Below are positions 50,581 to 60,797 of a stretch of DNA of 64,000 bases, in pieces. Both the position numbers and the translations under genes were made by a program. The stretch comes from an uncultured archaeon (GTDB lineage Archaea; Asgardarchaeota; Lokiarchaeia; Sigyniarchaeales; SOKP01). The notes below the pieces were generated by a model. That model was not told the origin of the DNA and did not search any database. It saw nothing but the letters and a program-made list of their open reading frames with translations. The DNA lies in assembly GCA_964493385.1 (NCBI GenBank), contig CAZBNW010000004.1:566-64565 (forward strand). The letters run 5' to 3'. Numbering within the stretch: the first letter of the stretch is position 1; every line of letters starts with the position of its first letter.

Positions 50581-51160
50581 TTGTTATTGTTAAATCTGTA
50601 TTACAATTATAGCAAAATTTTGGGATAGATTCGAATTCAGTTCCACAATTTGGGCACATAGTTTTACTCGTACTCGCAATAGCATGTAAATCTTCAATTT
50701 GAGTCTCAATTTTAAGTCTCTTGATTTTTCTTAGTATTGATGAAAGTCCGATTGAAAGGCCAACAATTACAACACCTAGCAGAATTGTGTGTAAAAAATG
50801 AAATTGAAAATTAGAATTAAAATATTCAGGTGAATATCTTGACAAAAATACATAAAGAAAAAAATTTGGAAAGAAAAATGTTATTAAATTCATTGAATAC
50901 GATTTTTTGAAATTATCATAAATGAATATTGGAATTAATGATACTAAAATCCAAATCAAATATATAATAAATAAACCAAACAAATTATCAAACAAAATAT
51001 AGTTTGCTAAGAACTGTATAATAACTTTTTGTTCTTCTAAAACGCCTGCATCAAAATTTATGTTAATCTTATAATCCATAAAGAATATAAATAGAGTTAG
51101 AATTAGAGTTTGGATGATAAAAATAACAATTCTACTTCTAAAAACTTCTTTTAATTTCAT
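50552..51160 (-). CDS. Membrane protein with a C-terminal zinc ribbon
   Basis: Hydrophobic N-terminal two thirds; CPNCG...CYNC at the C-terminus. It overlaps the downstream gene by 29 nt. Confidence 0.5.
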   Translation of the reverse strand: MKLKEVFRSRIVIFIIQTLILTLFIFFMDYKININFDAGVLEEQKVIIQFLANYILFDNLFGLFIIYLIWILVSLIPIFIYDNFKKSYSMNLITFFFPNFFLYVFLSRYSPEYFNSNFQFHFLHTILLGVVIVGLSIGLSSILRKIKRLKIETQIEDLHAIASTSKTMCPNCGTEFESIPKFCYNCNTDLTITIEDKNGKEG

Positions 51161-51415
51161 TATTTAATAATTAAATATATTAAAAAATTAAACTCTTCTA
51201 AAAAGAATCTGATTTTAAATCTATTTGAAACTTAAAGTTGCCCAAAACAGTAAAATTTTTAATATTTGCTATCTTTATTTATGTACAGTGGAAGACTCGT
51301 ATTCTTGTTTTTTAAAATTAGCATTTTATAATTGTTTTAGAGGATGTTTTATCCCATGAATCGTACTTCTTCTTCAAAATTAAATAATAAAAGTATTTTT
51401 TTGGAGGTTTAGCTT

Positions 51416-54337
51416 GTGAGCTATACATTTTCAAGAACTAAAATGATTGAAAAAATCAAATTTGGGCTCCTAAGCCCTGATGAAATACGTAAAATGTCTG
51501 CTGCTCGTATAATCACAGCAGATACGTATGATGAAGATGGTCTCCCGATCCCGAGTGGACTTATGGACCAAAGACTAGGTACCATCGAACCTGGCCAACG
51601 TTGTCAGACCTGTGGAAATCTTGTAAGTAATTGCATGGGACATTTTGGCCATATTGAACTTGCAAGACCAGTTATTCATGTAGGTTATGCAAAAAAAGTG
51701 TTAAAAGTTCTTCGATCTATATGTCCTGAATGCTCTCGATTAATGCTAACTGAAGAGGAAAAAGAAAGTTTTAGACAAGAGCAGTTGAAGCATCGAAAAA
51801 TATTTTTTGAAGGTGATGAGGATGCCGCTAAAATTGTATTCAAAAAAGCGAGAAAAGTAAAGACATGCCCTCATTGTGGAGCTAAGAAAAAAAAGATAAT
51901 TATTGAGAAACCAACTACCTTTTATGAAGAAGAAGAAGGAAAAGGTTCACGGAGAATAACACCTATTGAGATTTTAGAACGATTAAAAAAAATGAGCGAT
52001 GTGGATCTTAGGATCCTCGGTATTTCACCTGAAAATGCTAGACTCGAATGGGTAATATTTACAGTCTTACCAATACCTCCCGTATGTGCAAGGCCATCAA
52101 TTACTTTAGATAGCGGAATTCGTTCTGAAGATGATTTAACGCATAAATTGGTTGATGTCATTCGAATTAATCAGAGATTAAGAGAAAATATTGATGCTGG
52201 AGCGCCACACTTAATTGTTGAAGATCTTTGGGAATTATTACAATATCATATTACAACTTATTTTGATAATCAAGTATCTGGGATCCCTCCTGCGAGACAT
52301 CGTTCTGGTAGAGCACTGAGAACGTTAACTCAGAGACTGAAAGGGAAAGAGGGAAGATTTAGAAGTAATTTAAGCGGGAAAAGAGTTGATTTTTCTGCCC
52401 GAAGTGTTATATCACCAAATCCATACATCAGTATTAATGATGTAGGTGTACCAATAGAAATTGCAAAAATTTTGACAATACCTACTAATGTTAACGATTG
52501 GAATATTGAAGAGATGAAGCAAATAGTCCTAAATGGTCCATTTAATCATCCAGGTGCAAATTATATTATACGAAATGATCGTAGAAGGATTGATCTTCGA
52601 TATGTGAAAAATAGAAAAATAATTGCAGATATGCTCACACCGGGCTTTACTGTTGAGCGTCACCTAAATGATGGGGACTTAGTGTTATTTAATCGCCAGC
52701 CTTCACTTCATAGAATGTCAATAATGGCTCATGAAGTAAAAATTATGAAAGGAAGAACTTTTCGATTAAACTTAACTGTATGTCCACCATACAATGCTGA
52801 TTTTGATGGAGATGAGATGAATTTACATGTACCTCAAAGTGAAGAAGCTCGAACGGAGGCAGAATTACTTCTTAAAGTTCAAGAACATATACTTTCTCCG
52901 CGATTTGGCGGACCAATCTTAGGTGGAATTCAAGATTTTATTTCAAGTGTATTTCAATTTACTAGTAAGGATTCATTATATAATAAAAAAGATACATTAA
53001 AATTATTGTATATTGGAGATGTTTATAAAAATAATCCTAATTTTAGTTTGGATCAACTTATTCCTGTAATTACCGATCCCAAACCAATGTATTCTGGAAA
53101 AGAAATTTTCAGTACATTATTTCCAGAGGATCTAAATATTAAAGTAAAATCTAAATTTTGTAAAAAATGTGAAGTCTGTGAAGAAGATAATTGTAGTTAT
53201 GACGCATATGTTGTAATTAAAAATGGTAAATTGATTACTGGAACTGTTGATGAGAATTCGTTTGGTGCCATGCAATCAAATAGTATATTACAACGAATTA
53301 TCAAGGATCATGGCAATGCGCGAGGAAGACAATTTTTAGACAGTGCTACTAAGATGCTCCTATACGTTATTAGGCAAAATGGAATGACTATGGGATTGGA
53401 TGAAGTATATGTGCATGGACATGCATATGATGAAATCAAAAAGATATTAGAAGAAGCAAATATAGAATCTGAGAAATTAATCAAAGCTTTTTATGATAAC
53501 GATACTAAAATACTTAAACGAGCTCCTGGTCGTTCTATGAGAGAAACCTTGGAATTAAGAATCAGACAGGTATTAGCAGAAGCCCGTAAAAAAGCTGAAG
53601 AAACAGCAGCAGAGTTCATTGGTGATGAAGCTCATTCAGTTATAATGACCAAATCTGGAGCCAGAGGTAATATATTAAATCTAGGACAAATGTCTGCTGT
53701 TGTTGGACAACAAGCTATTAGAGGTGAGAGAATTAATCGAGGATATAGTATGAGAACTTTACCTCATTTTAAAATAAATGACCTTAGTCCTCGAGCTCGT
53801 GGTTTTGTTGCATCCTCTTACCGAAATGGATTAAAACCAGTGGAATTCTTCTATCATGCTATGGGTGGTCGAGAAGGGCTTGTTGATACAGCAGTCAGAA
53901 CAAGCACATCTGGATACATGCAACGGAGGCTTGTAAACGCCTTACAAGATATGGTTGTTGAAAATGATGGAACTGTAAGAAACTCAGACAAAAATGTAAT
54001 CCAATTTTGCTTTGGAGATGATGGCATAGACGCTATGCATACCGATCACGGTGCTGCAGTAAATTTAGATGTTTTATTATTAAAGGCTAAAGCTTTGGAT
54101 GTTGAAAAGGTGCGTGAAGAAATTAAAAAAGACTCTACAACAAAAACTTCTCTATCTAAAAAGAAAGTTGTTTCTAAGAAAAAACAAATAAAAAAAGCTT
54201 CAGTTCAAGCACAACCGAAGAAAGTTAAAGTTGATGAAGATTCCTTACAGCAACAGTTTGAAGAGGAAACTGGCAAGAAAGCAATTTGGCGGGGTAAAGA
54301 AACTAAAGCTTATTTAGAATGGAAAGAAGAAAAATAG
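51416..54337 (+). CDS. rpoA1: DNA-directed RNA polymerase subunit A' with a ~70-aa Lys-rich C-terminal extension
   Basis: Zinc motifs CQTCG..CMGHFGH, the catalytic NADFDGDEMN, and RQPSLHRMS. GGAGGT at 51403..51408 lies 7 nt before GTG 51416. Confidence 0.95.
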   Translation: MSYTFSRTKMIEKIKFGLLSPDEIRKMSAARIITADTYDEDGLPIPSGLMDQRLGTIEPGQRCQTCGNLVSNCMGHFGHIELARPVIHVGYAKKVLKVLRSICPECSRLMLTEEEKESFRQEQLKHRKIFFEGDEDAAKIVFKKARKVKTCPHCGAKKKKIIIEKPTTFYEEEEGKGSRRITPIEILERLKKMSDVDLRILGISPENARLEWVIFTVLPIPPVCARPSITLDSGIRSEDDLTHKLVDVIRINQRLRENIDAGAPHLIVEDLWELLQYHITTYFDNQVSGIPPARHRSGRALRTLTQRLKGKEGRFRSNLSGKRVDFSARSVISPNPYISINDVGVPIEIAKILTIPTNVNDWNIEEMKQIVLNGPFNHPGANYIIRNDRRRIDLRYVKNRKIIADMLTPGFTVERHLNDGDLVLFNRQPSLHRMSIMAHEVKIMKGRTFRLNLTVCPPYNADFDGDEMNLHVPQSEEARTEAELLLKVQEHILSPRFGGPILGGIQDFISSVFQFTSKDSLYNKKDTLKLLYIGDVYKNNPNFSLDQLIPVITDPKPMYSGKEIFSTLFPEDLNIKVKSKFCKKCEVCEEDNCSYDAYVVIKNGKLITGTVDENSFGAMQSNSILQRIIKDHGNARGRQFLDSATKMLLYVIRQNGMTMGLDEVYVHGHAYDEIKKILEEANIESEKLIKAFYDNDTKILKRAPGRSMRETLELRIRQVLAEARKKAEETAAEFIGDEAHSVIMTKSGARGNILNLGQMSAVVGQQAIRGERINRGYSMRTLPHFKINDLSPRARGFVASSYRNGLKPVEFFYHAMGGREGLVDTAVRTSTSGYMQRRLVNALQDMVVENDGTVRNSDKNVIQFCFGDDGIDAMHTDHGAAVNLDVLLLKAKALDVEKVREEIKKDSTTKTSLSKKKVVSKKKQIKKASVQAQPKKVKVDEDSLQQQFEEETGKKAIWRGKETKAYLEWKEEK

Positions 54338-54371
54338 AATAATTATTATCAAAAGGAAGAGAATAAAAAAA

Positions 54372-54512
54372 ATGGCAAAAAAAAAATCAACAGGAAATCC
54401 TGATTTAGTAGCTTTAAAAAAACAATATAAAGAAGAAACAGGAAAAAATGCTGTCCATTGTGGAAAAATAACTAAAGGATTTCAAGAGTGGAAAAAACAA
54501 AAACAAGGTTAA
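54372..54512 (+). CDS. 46-aa ORF repeating the C-terminal mini-domain of RpoA1
   Basis: MAKKKSTGNPDLVALKKQYKEETGKNAVHCGKITKGFQEWKKQKQG aligns with the RpoA1 tail SLQQQFEEETGKKAIWRGKETKAYLEWKEEK. It is below the ORF-track size cut-off. Confidence 0.5.
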   Translation: MAKKKSTGNPDLVALKKQYKEETGKNAVHCGKITKGFQEWKKQKQG

Positions 54513-54519
54513 AATTTAA

Positions 54520-55778
<1,259 letters not shown>

Positions 55779-55886
55779 ACGAAAACTTTTAATAAGGAAG
55801 ATTTATCTTAAACGTGCTAAAAAAAAATTAAAAATTAAAAAAGTATTATTCTTATTACTTATTATAAGATATCGATTGAATATACC

Positions 55887-56258
55887 ATGGCAAATAGAAA
55901 GAGTAAGGATGTTGCTGGTAAAGTTGATCTAAGTAGAAAAAAAAAAAAAGAATTTGATGTTGGTACCAATATTAAAGTTGCTTATAAAACTGGCAAAATA
56001 GTATACGGTAAAAATCAAATCCTTAAAAACTTAAGGGAGAATCCCTTTAAAATGCTCATTGTGAGTAAAAATTGCCCAACAGAATTAATGAGTCAAGTAA
56101 ATTATTATAATTCTCTTTTAAAAGATGAAATCTTTATCTATAACTATAAAGGTTCAAGTTGGGATTTAGGGTTAGCATGTGCTAAACCATATATGATTTC
56201 TATTATAGGAGTAATTGATTTTGGAGATTCAGATTTAATATCTTTAAAAACTAAATAA
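55887..56258 (+). CDS. rpl30e: Ribosomal protein L30e (eL30) with a basic N-terminal extension
   Basis: YKTGKIVYG, KMLIVSKNCP and LGLACAKPYMISIIGVIDFGDS. Confidence 0.85.
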   Translation: MANRKSKDVAGKVDLSRKKKKEFDVGTNIKVAYKTGKIVYGKNQILKNLRENPFKMLIVSKNCPTELMSQVNYYNSLLKDEIFIYNYKGSSWDLGLACAKPYMISIIGVIDFGDSDLISLKTK

Positions 56259-56286
56259 TTTTAACTACATTTCGCTAGATTTTTAC

Positions 56287-56763
56287 ATGTTAAAAAAGAA
56301 TATTAAAATTGATCGGGAAGCAATGGAGCTTATTTCGTTATTCAATAATATCTCCGGTGCTATTATAAAAGACTGTCTTATTTTTAAATCACCAGAAAAT
56401 GGGACCGAAATCATCATTTTTTTAGTAAAAGAACAAGATGTAGGAAAAGCCATTGGAAAAGCCGGTGAACATGTTAAAGATTTAAAGTCAAAACTCCAAA
56501 AAAAGATAGATGTTATTGCATTTTCAGAGGATCTAAACCATTTCATCCAGAATATCTTACAAACTACTAAAAATTCTATAATGGTTCAGAATATTGAAAT
56601 AAAGGAGAGTAGAAATCTAAAGAAGACTGTGATAATTACAGTACGACCTCAAGATCGTGGTAAAGCTATTGGTAAAGATGGTTCAATGATAAGGAAAATA
56701 AAAGAAATAGTTTTAAGGTATTTCGAAGTTGATAATGTAATCATCAATACAAAGAATATCTGA
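56287..56763 (+). CDS. nusA: Archaeal NusA-like transcription termination/antitermination factor (two KH domains)
   Basis: Two GKAIGK(A/D)G KH motifs, in the conserved position after rpl30e. Confidence 0.8.
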   Translation: MLKKNIKIDREAMELISLFNNISGAIIKDCLIFKSPENGTEIIIFLVKEQDVGKAIGKAGEHVKDLKSKLQKKIDVIAFSEDLNHFIQNILQTTKNSIMVQNIEIKESRNLKKTVIITVRPQDRGKAIGKDGSMIRKIKEIVLRYFEVDNVIINTKNI

Positions 56764-56826
56764 ATTTTTTTTCAGAAATTATTCTTACATTTAGTTCTTA
56801 ATTTAATTTAAAAATTAGTCATCAAA

Positions 56827-58083
56827 GTGATTTATATTTCAACATTAAAACTATATGAGGAGCAAGCTGCAATTAATCATGTTAAATCGTTAAGTTTCAA
56901 TCGTTATGCAGCAACTGATGGTGAAACTAAAACTATAAATTATATCTTAAAAGAATTGGATAAAGAGAAAGTTGATCCTAAAGTAGAGTCTTTTGAGTGG
57001 GCTAAAACATTGACAAAATTAATGAAGTTAGTTTATATATATATCTTTATTTTTATTTTAATTTGCCAAATTCTTTTATTGTATCCAATTATTACTTGGA
57101 CAATTCTTCCTCTTGATGGATTATTTATTATGATATTATTTTTAGGAAGAAAACACTTATTTGATCACACACGAATTTCATACATTGGTAAGAAGAGAGA
57201 GTCAAAAAATGTTATAGCAACAATACAAGCAAAAGATTTACATCCTAAAAGGCCAGTTATTATTTTTTCAGCTCATCATGATTCTGTCTCATCATTATTT
57301 CCAACCAAAATGATGAAGATAATACATATTACGGCTGTCGTCCTTCTTCTTTCCTATATAATTATAAATATAGTTATTTCAATTTGGTCGATCATTGTCA
57401 TTTTTACTTTTTTTTCGATTGATTTTGGATATCTGCTAATAAGAAATATATCCTTAATTATTGGCATTGTAATCATGATAGAATTTTTCATTTCATTTTT
57501 TAATAAAAAAATAAATAAATCTATTGGTTCTGTAGATAATGCTTCAGGTGTTGCAATTTTATTAGAGTTGGCTAAACTAGTTAAAAAAAATCCCCTTGAA
57601 AGAACTGATGTAATCTTTTTATGGTGTGGCGCGGAGGAGATGGGACTCTGGGGATCGAAACAATATTGTTCTAAACATTTCGAAGAATTAGATACTGATT
57701 ATGACTTGAATAAATCATATAACATTAACATAGATATGGTCGGTACTTATATAGGTTTAATTGAGAAAACTGGGGTAATAAAAAAGAAAAAATTAAATGA
57801 AAATCTGAATGATGTCTTAAAAGCATCCGATACACAACAGAAAATTCCATCTGAGAAAGCAAAAATGTCATTTGGTTCTGGGAGTGATCATTTAGTTTTT
57901 CGTGCATTTGTAGAAAAGGCAAAAAGAAAAGGCTTTCAAGTTTGTCGTTTTTTATCAAATAATGATTCAAAATATATACATTCTAAAAAAGATACTCCTG
58001 AATTGTGCTCTGCTGAAAATCTAAATAGCTGTATTGAAATTTGCTATAATGCTATAAAAAGCCTTGATCTGCGAGTTGAATAA
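56827..58083 (+). CDS. Membrane-anchored M28-family aminopeptidase-like protein
   Basis: SAHHDS, DNASGVA and GAEEMGLWGS motifs, with a block of TM segments inserted. GTG start. Confidence 0.65.
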   Translation: MIYISTLKLYEEQAAINHVKSLSFNRYAATDGETKTINYILKELDKEKVDPKVESFEWAKTLTKLMKLVYIYIFIFILICQILLLYPIITWTILPLDGLFIMILFLGRKHLFDHTRISYIGKKRESKNVIATIQAKDLHPKRPVIIFSAHHDSVSSLFPTKMMKIIHITAVVLLLSYIIINIVISIWSIIVIFTFFSIDFGYLLIRNISLIIGIVIMIEFFISFFNKKINKSIGSVDNASGVAILLELAKLVKKNPLERTDVIFLWCGAEEMGLWGSKQYCSKHFEELDTDYDLNKSYNINIDMVGTYIGLIEKTGVIKKKKLNENLNDVLKASDTQQKIPSEKAKMSFGSGSDHLVFRAFVEKAKRKGFQVCRFLSNNDSKYIHSKKDTPELCSAENLNSCIEICYNAIKSLDLRVE

Positions 58084-58181
58084 CTTATTCAAAAGTAGCA
58101 ATGTTTCATAATATACATAAATTTTAAGTTTAAAGAATCATTTTTTCTTCTACTAAAGTTCAATCAATTAATAATTAAAAG

Positions 58182-58625
58182 GTGTTAGATATAGGTAGCC
58201 CAAAAGGACTCTATGCTGCTCGAAAGCTTCAAACTAATAGAAAGAAATTTCGTTGGTCCAAGACCAAGTATAAAAGAAGAAAACTTCAATTGAAAAAACG
58301 AGTAGACCCTCTTGAGGGATCATGTCAAGCTCTTGGCATTGTTCTTCAAAAAGTTGGGAGAGAAAGTAAACAACCTAACTCAGCAATAAGAAAATGTGTA
58401 AGAATTCAATTGAAAAAGAATGGTAAAGGAGTAACTGCATTCTTACCTGGAGATGGAGCTTTAAATTTTATTGAAGAACATGACCGAGTCATTGTTGAAG
58501 GAATTGGCGGGGCAAAAGGAAGGAGTATTGGAGACCTTCCTGGCGTAAGATATAAAGTTGTAAAGGTAAATGGTGTCAGTTTGGAGGCATTGCTTCAAGG
58601 AAAGAAGGAAAAACCGCTGCGATAA
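58182..58625 (+). CDS. rps12: Ribosomal protein S12 (uS12); the start is GTG 58182 or ATA 58191
   Basis: [24 protein letters not shown] and [13 protein letters not shown]. Confidence 0.9.
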   Translation: MLDIGSPKGLYAARKLQTNRKKFRWSKTKYKRRKLQLKKRVDPLEGSCQALGIVLQKVGRESKQPNSAIRKCVRIQLKKNGKGVTAFLPGDGALNFIEEHDRVIVEGIGGAKGRSIGDLPGVRYKVVKVNGVSLEALLQGKKEKPLR

Positions 58626-58643
58626 TCATTGAGGTAAGTAAAT

Positions 58644-59261
58644 ATGAGCAAAACTAAAAAAGAAATAAAACTTTTTAATAAATGGCCTTTTAAGGACTTA
58701 AAAGTTAGAGATAGAACTCTTGAAAACTACATAAATTTAAAACCTATTATAGTACCTCATTCTGCAGGGAGACATGAGCATAAGCGATTTTGGAAGTCTT
58801 CAAAAGTCTCAGTTATTGAACGTTTTTCTAATAGATTGCTCTCTCCCGGTTTTATTGGCAGTAAAATTAAGGGCCATAAAAGTTCTTACAATTCTGGTAA
58901 AAAAAGCAAATTATTAAAAAGTTTAGAAAATGCTTTTACATTAATAGAGCTACTCACTGAGCAAAATCCTATTCAAATTTTAGTAGATGCTATCTGTAAT
59001 TCTGCACCGCGAGAAGAAACAACCAAAATTGCGATGGGAGGTATCTCCTATGCATCAGCCGTAGATATAGCCCCACAACGCCGAGTTGACTTAGCTATAA
59101 AGTATATCGTTCAAGCAATCGGTGCAAGATCACATGCAAATGTGAAGATGTTCGAAGAAAATTTAACCCAAGAACTAATATTAGCAGCAAATAATAGTCA
59201 AGAATCTAGAGCTGTAAAGCGAAAAGATGAAATCGAGAGAATTGCTGTTTCTGCACGATAA
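58644..59261 (+). CDS. rps7: Ribosomal protein S7 (uS7)
   Basis: 205 aa with the C-terminal blocks PREETT and AVKRKDEIERIA. SD GAGGT lies 8 nt before the ATG. Confidence 0.9.
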   Translation: MSKTKKEIKLFNKWPFKDLKVRDRTLENYINLKPIIVPHSAGRHEHKRFWKSSKVSVIERFSNRLLSPGFIGSKIKGHKSSYNSGKKSKLLKSLENAFTLIELLTEQNPIQILVDAICNSAPREETTKIAMGGISYASAVDIAPQRRVDLAIKYIVQAIGARSHANVKMFEENLTQELILAANNSQESRAVKRKDEIERIAVSAR

Positions 59262-59570
59262 ACATATTCAAGAATTTTAACAAATCACTTTTTATAAAAA
59301 AGAATCCTTATTATGGTAATTTGCTAAAGATAATATATCTTGGATTGGAAAAAAACTTCTATATTTTAATATAAATTATATTTGAAAGACTTTTTACTTC
59401 AAAAATTTACCATTTTCTTTTAAATAGTACTATAGAATTATTGTTGCATAGGGATATTAATGATATATCAATTTCTATATAACTCATTTTTAGATTTAAT
59501 CACTTATTTAAGGAGGTAATGAAGGATTAAAGCACTTAAAAAAAGGATATGGTTGATTGAACACAAAAAA

Positions 59571-59762
59571 ATGCAAGAAATGAGTCCAAAGGAATACTAT
59601 AGCGAAATTTTTAAGGAAATTGTACAAGAAATTAAAAATAATGAAAAGAGTATTGGAAGATTTGTTATCTGACCTATTTGTAATACTAAGAATTTGTCTA
59701 TCAATAAACTTTGTCATAAATGTGGCAAGAAAAATAACCGTTTGATTGAAAAATATCTTTAA
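59571..59762 (+). CDS. Candidate 63-codon zinc-ribbon protein with an in-frame TGA (59670..59672) at the first Cys position
   Basis: MQEMSPKEYYSEIFKEIVQEIKNNEKSIGRFVI-TGA-PICNTKNLSINKLCHKCGKKNNRLIEKYL, which is (U/C)PxC-x10-CxxCG. It is not in the ORF track. Confidence 0.4.
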
Positions 59763-59820
59763 ATTTGTTTTTAAAATTAAGCTTAAAGATAGATATCAAA
59801 TAAATAAAAAAAAATAATAA

Positions 59821-60483
59821 TTATTGAGGTGTCCCACAAAACACACAATATTTTGCTCCAGGTTCAGCTGGTGCTCCACATTGCTGACAGAAATTGGTAT
59901 GTCCCTCAACTTTATATTTTGCATGAGTTCGAGAAGTTTGAACAACTTCAAATTCACTTAAATTTGTTCCACAACTATGACAGAATTTCGGATTTCCTTT
60001 CACTTTTATACCACAAGATGGGCAAATCATAAGAACTCTTGTACCACACTCTTGACAAAATTCCCACTTACCTTCAATTTGTTTTCCACATTTTGAGCAA
60101 AATTTTACTTCTTTTGCAGCATATTCTAGAATAGTAAAAAAGATGGCTAAAATAAGCGTGGATCCAATGGGGATTAGAGGGATCCAATAATCATAAGGTG
60201 GGAAAACAGCGACTTGGAGAATAAGCATTACCAAAGTCGTTATTGCAAATATTGTCCAAAATCCAATCATCCCAAATTTAACTTTTCTTTTACTAGAAAA
60301 ATCTATAATTGTCCCTATGATAGCGAATATGAGGACTGTTCCAATTGGAATTGGCATCCAAAACTGAAAACCATAAAAAACACCTTCAGCAAGAATAATC
60401 ATTACAAACGTAGTTATTATAAATAATGCCCACAAACCAATAGTACCCATACTGATTTTTTTTTTAATTTCATTCCAACTCAT
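59821..60483 (-). CDS. Membrane protein with a triple zinc-ribbon C-terminal domain
   Basis: Four TM segments followed by CSKCG..CQECG, CPSCG..CHSCG and CQQCG..CVFCG. Confidence 0.6.
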   Translation of the reverse strand: MSWNEIKKKISMGTIGLWALFIITTFVMIILAEGVFYGFQFWMPIPIGTVLIFAIIGTIIDFSSKRKVKFGMIGFWTIFAITTLVMLILQVAVFPPYDYWIPLIPIGSTLILAIFFTILEYAAKEVKFCSKCGKQIEGKWEFCQECGTRVLMICPSCGIKVKGNPKFCHSCGTNLSEFEVVQTSRTHAKYKVEGHTNFCQQCGAPAEPGAKYCVFCGTPQ

Positions 60484-60797
60484 AAAAAAACCGTTTCTAT
60501 TAATTAAGTTTTAAAATAATACATATTACTTATAATGTTTATATATTTTATAAAAAATAATTGGAGTCCAATTTTATTTGTTAAAATAAAGAGTAAAGAT
60601 GAGATTTAGAAGTTAAATTTCTTATAGATAAAATTAATTTGACTATGAGATTAATTCTCTTAAATTAAAGTTTCATATCACCTACATATTATTAATTTTC
60701 ATAGATAGCCTAGAAAATTCCTTAATTTTTATATAATAGCTAAACATAATATTTATTTAAACAGAATTAAAGAAACAGAACAGGGTCAATAAGTAAA

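Noticed and set aside
59508-59717. Listed 69-aa minus-strand ORF
   Set aside because: It is antisense to the zinc-ribbon candidate and has no motif. The plus-strand reading has the structured CPxC/CxxCG pattern.
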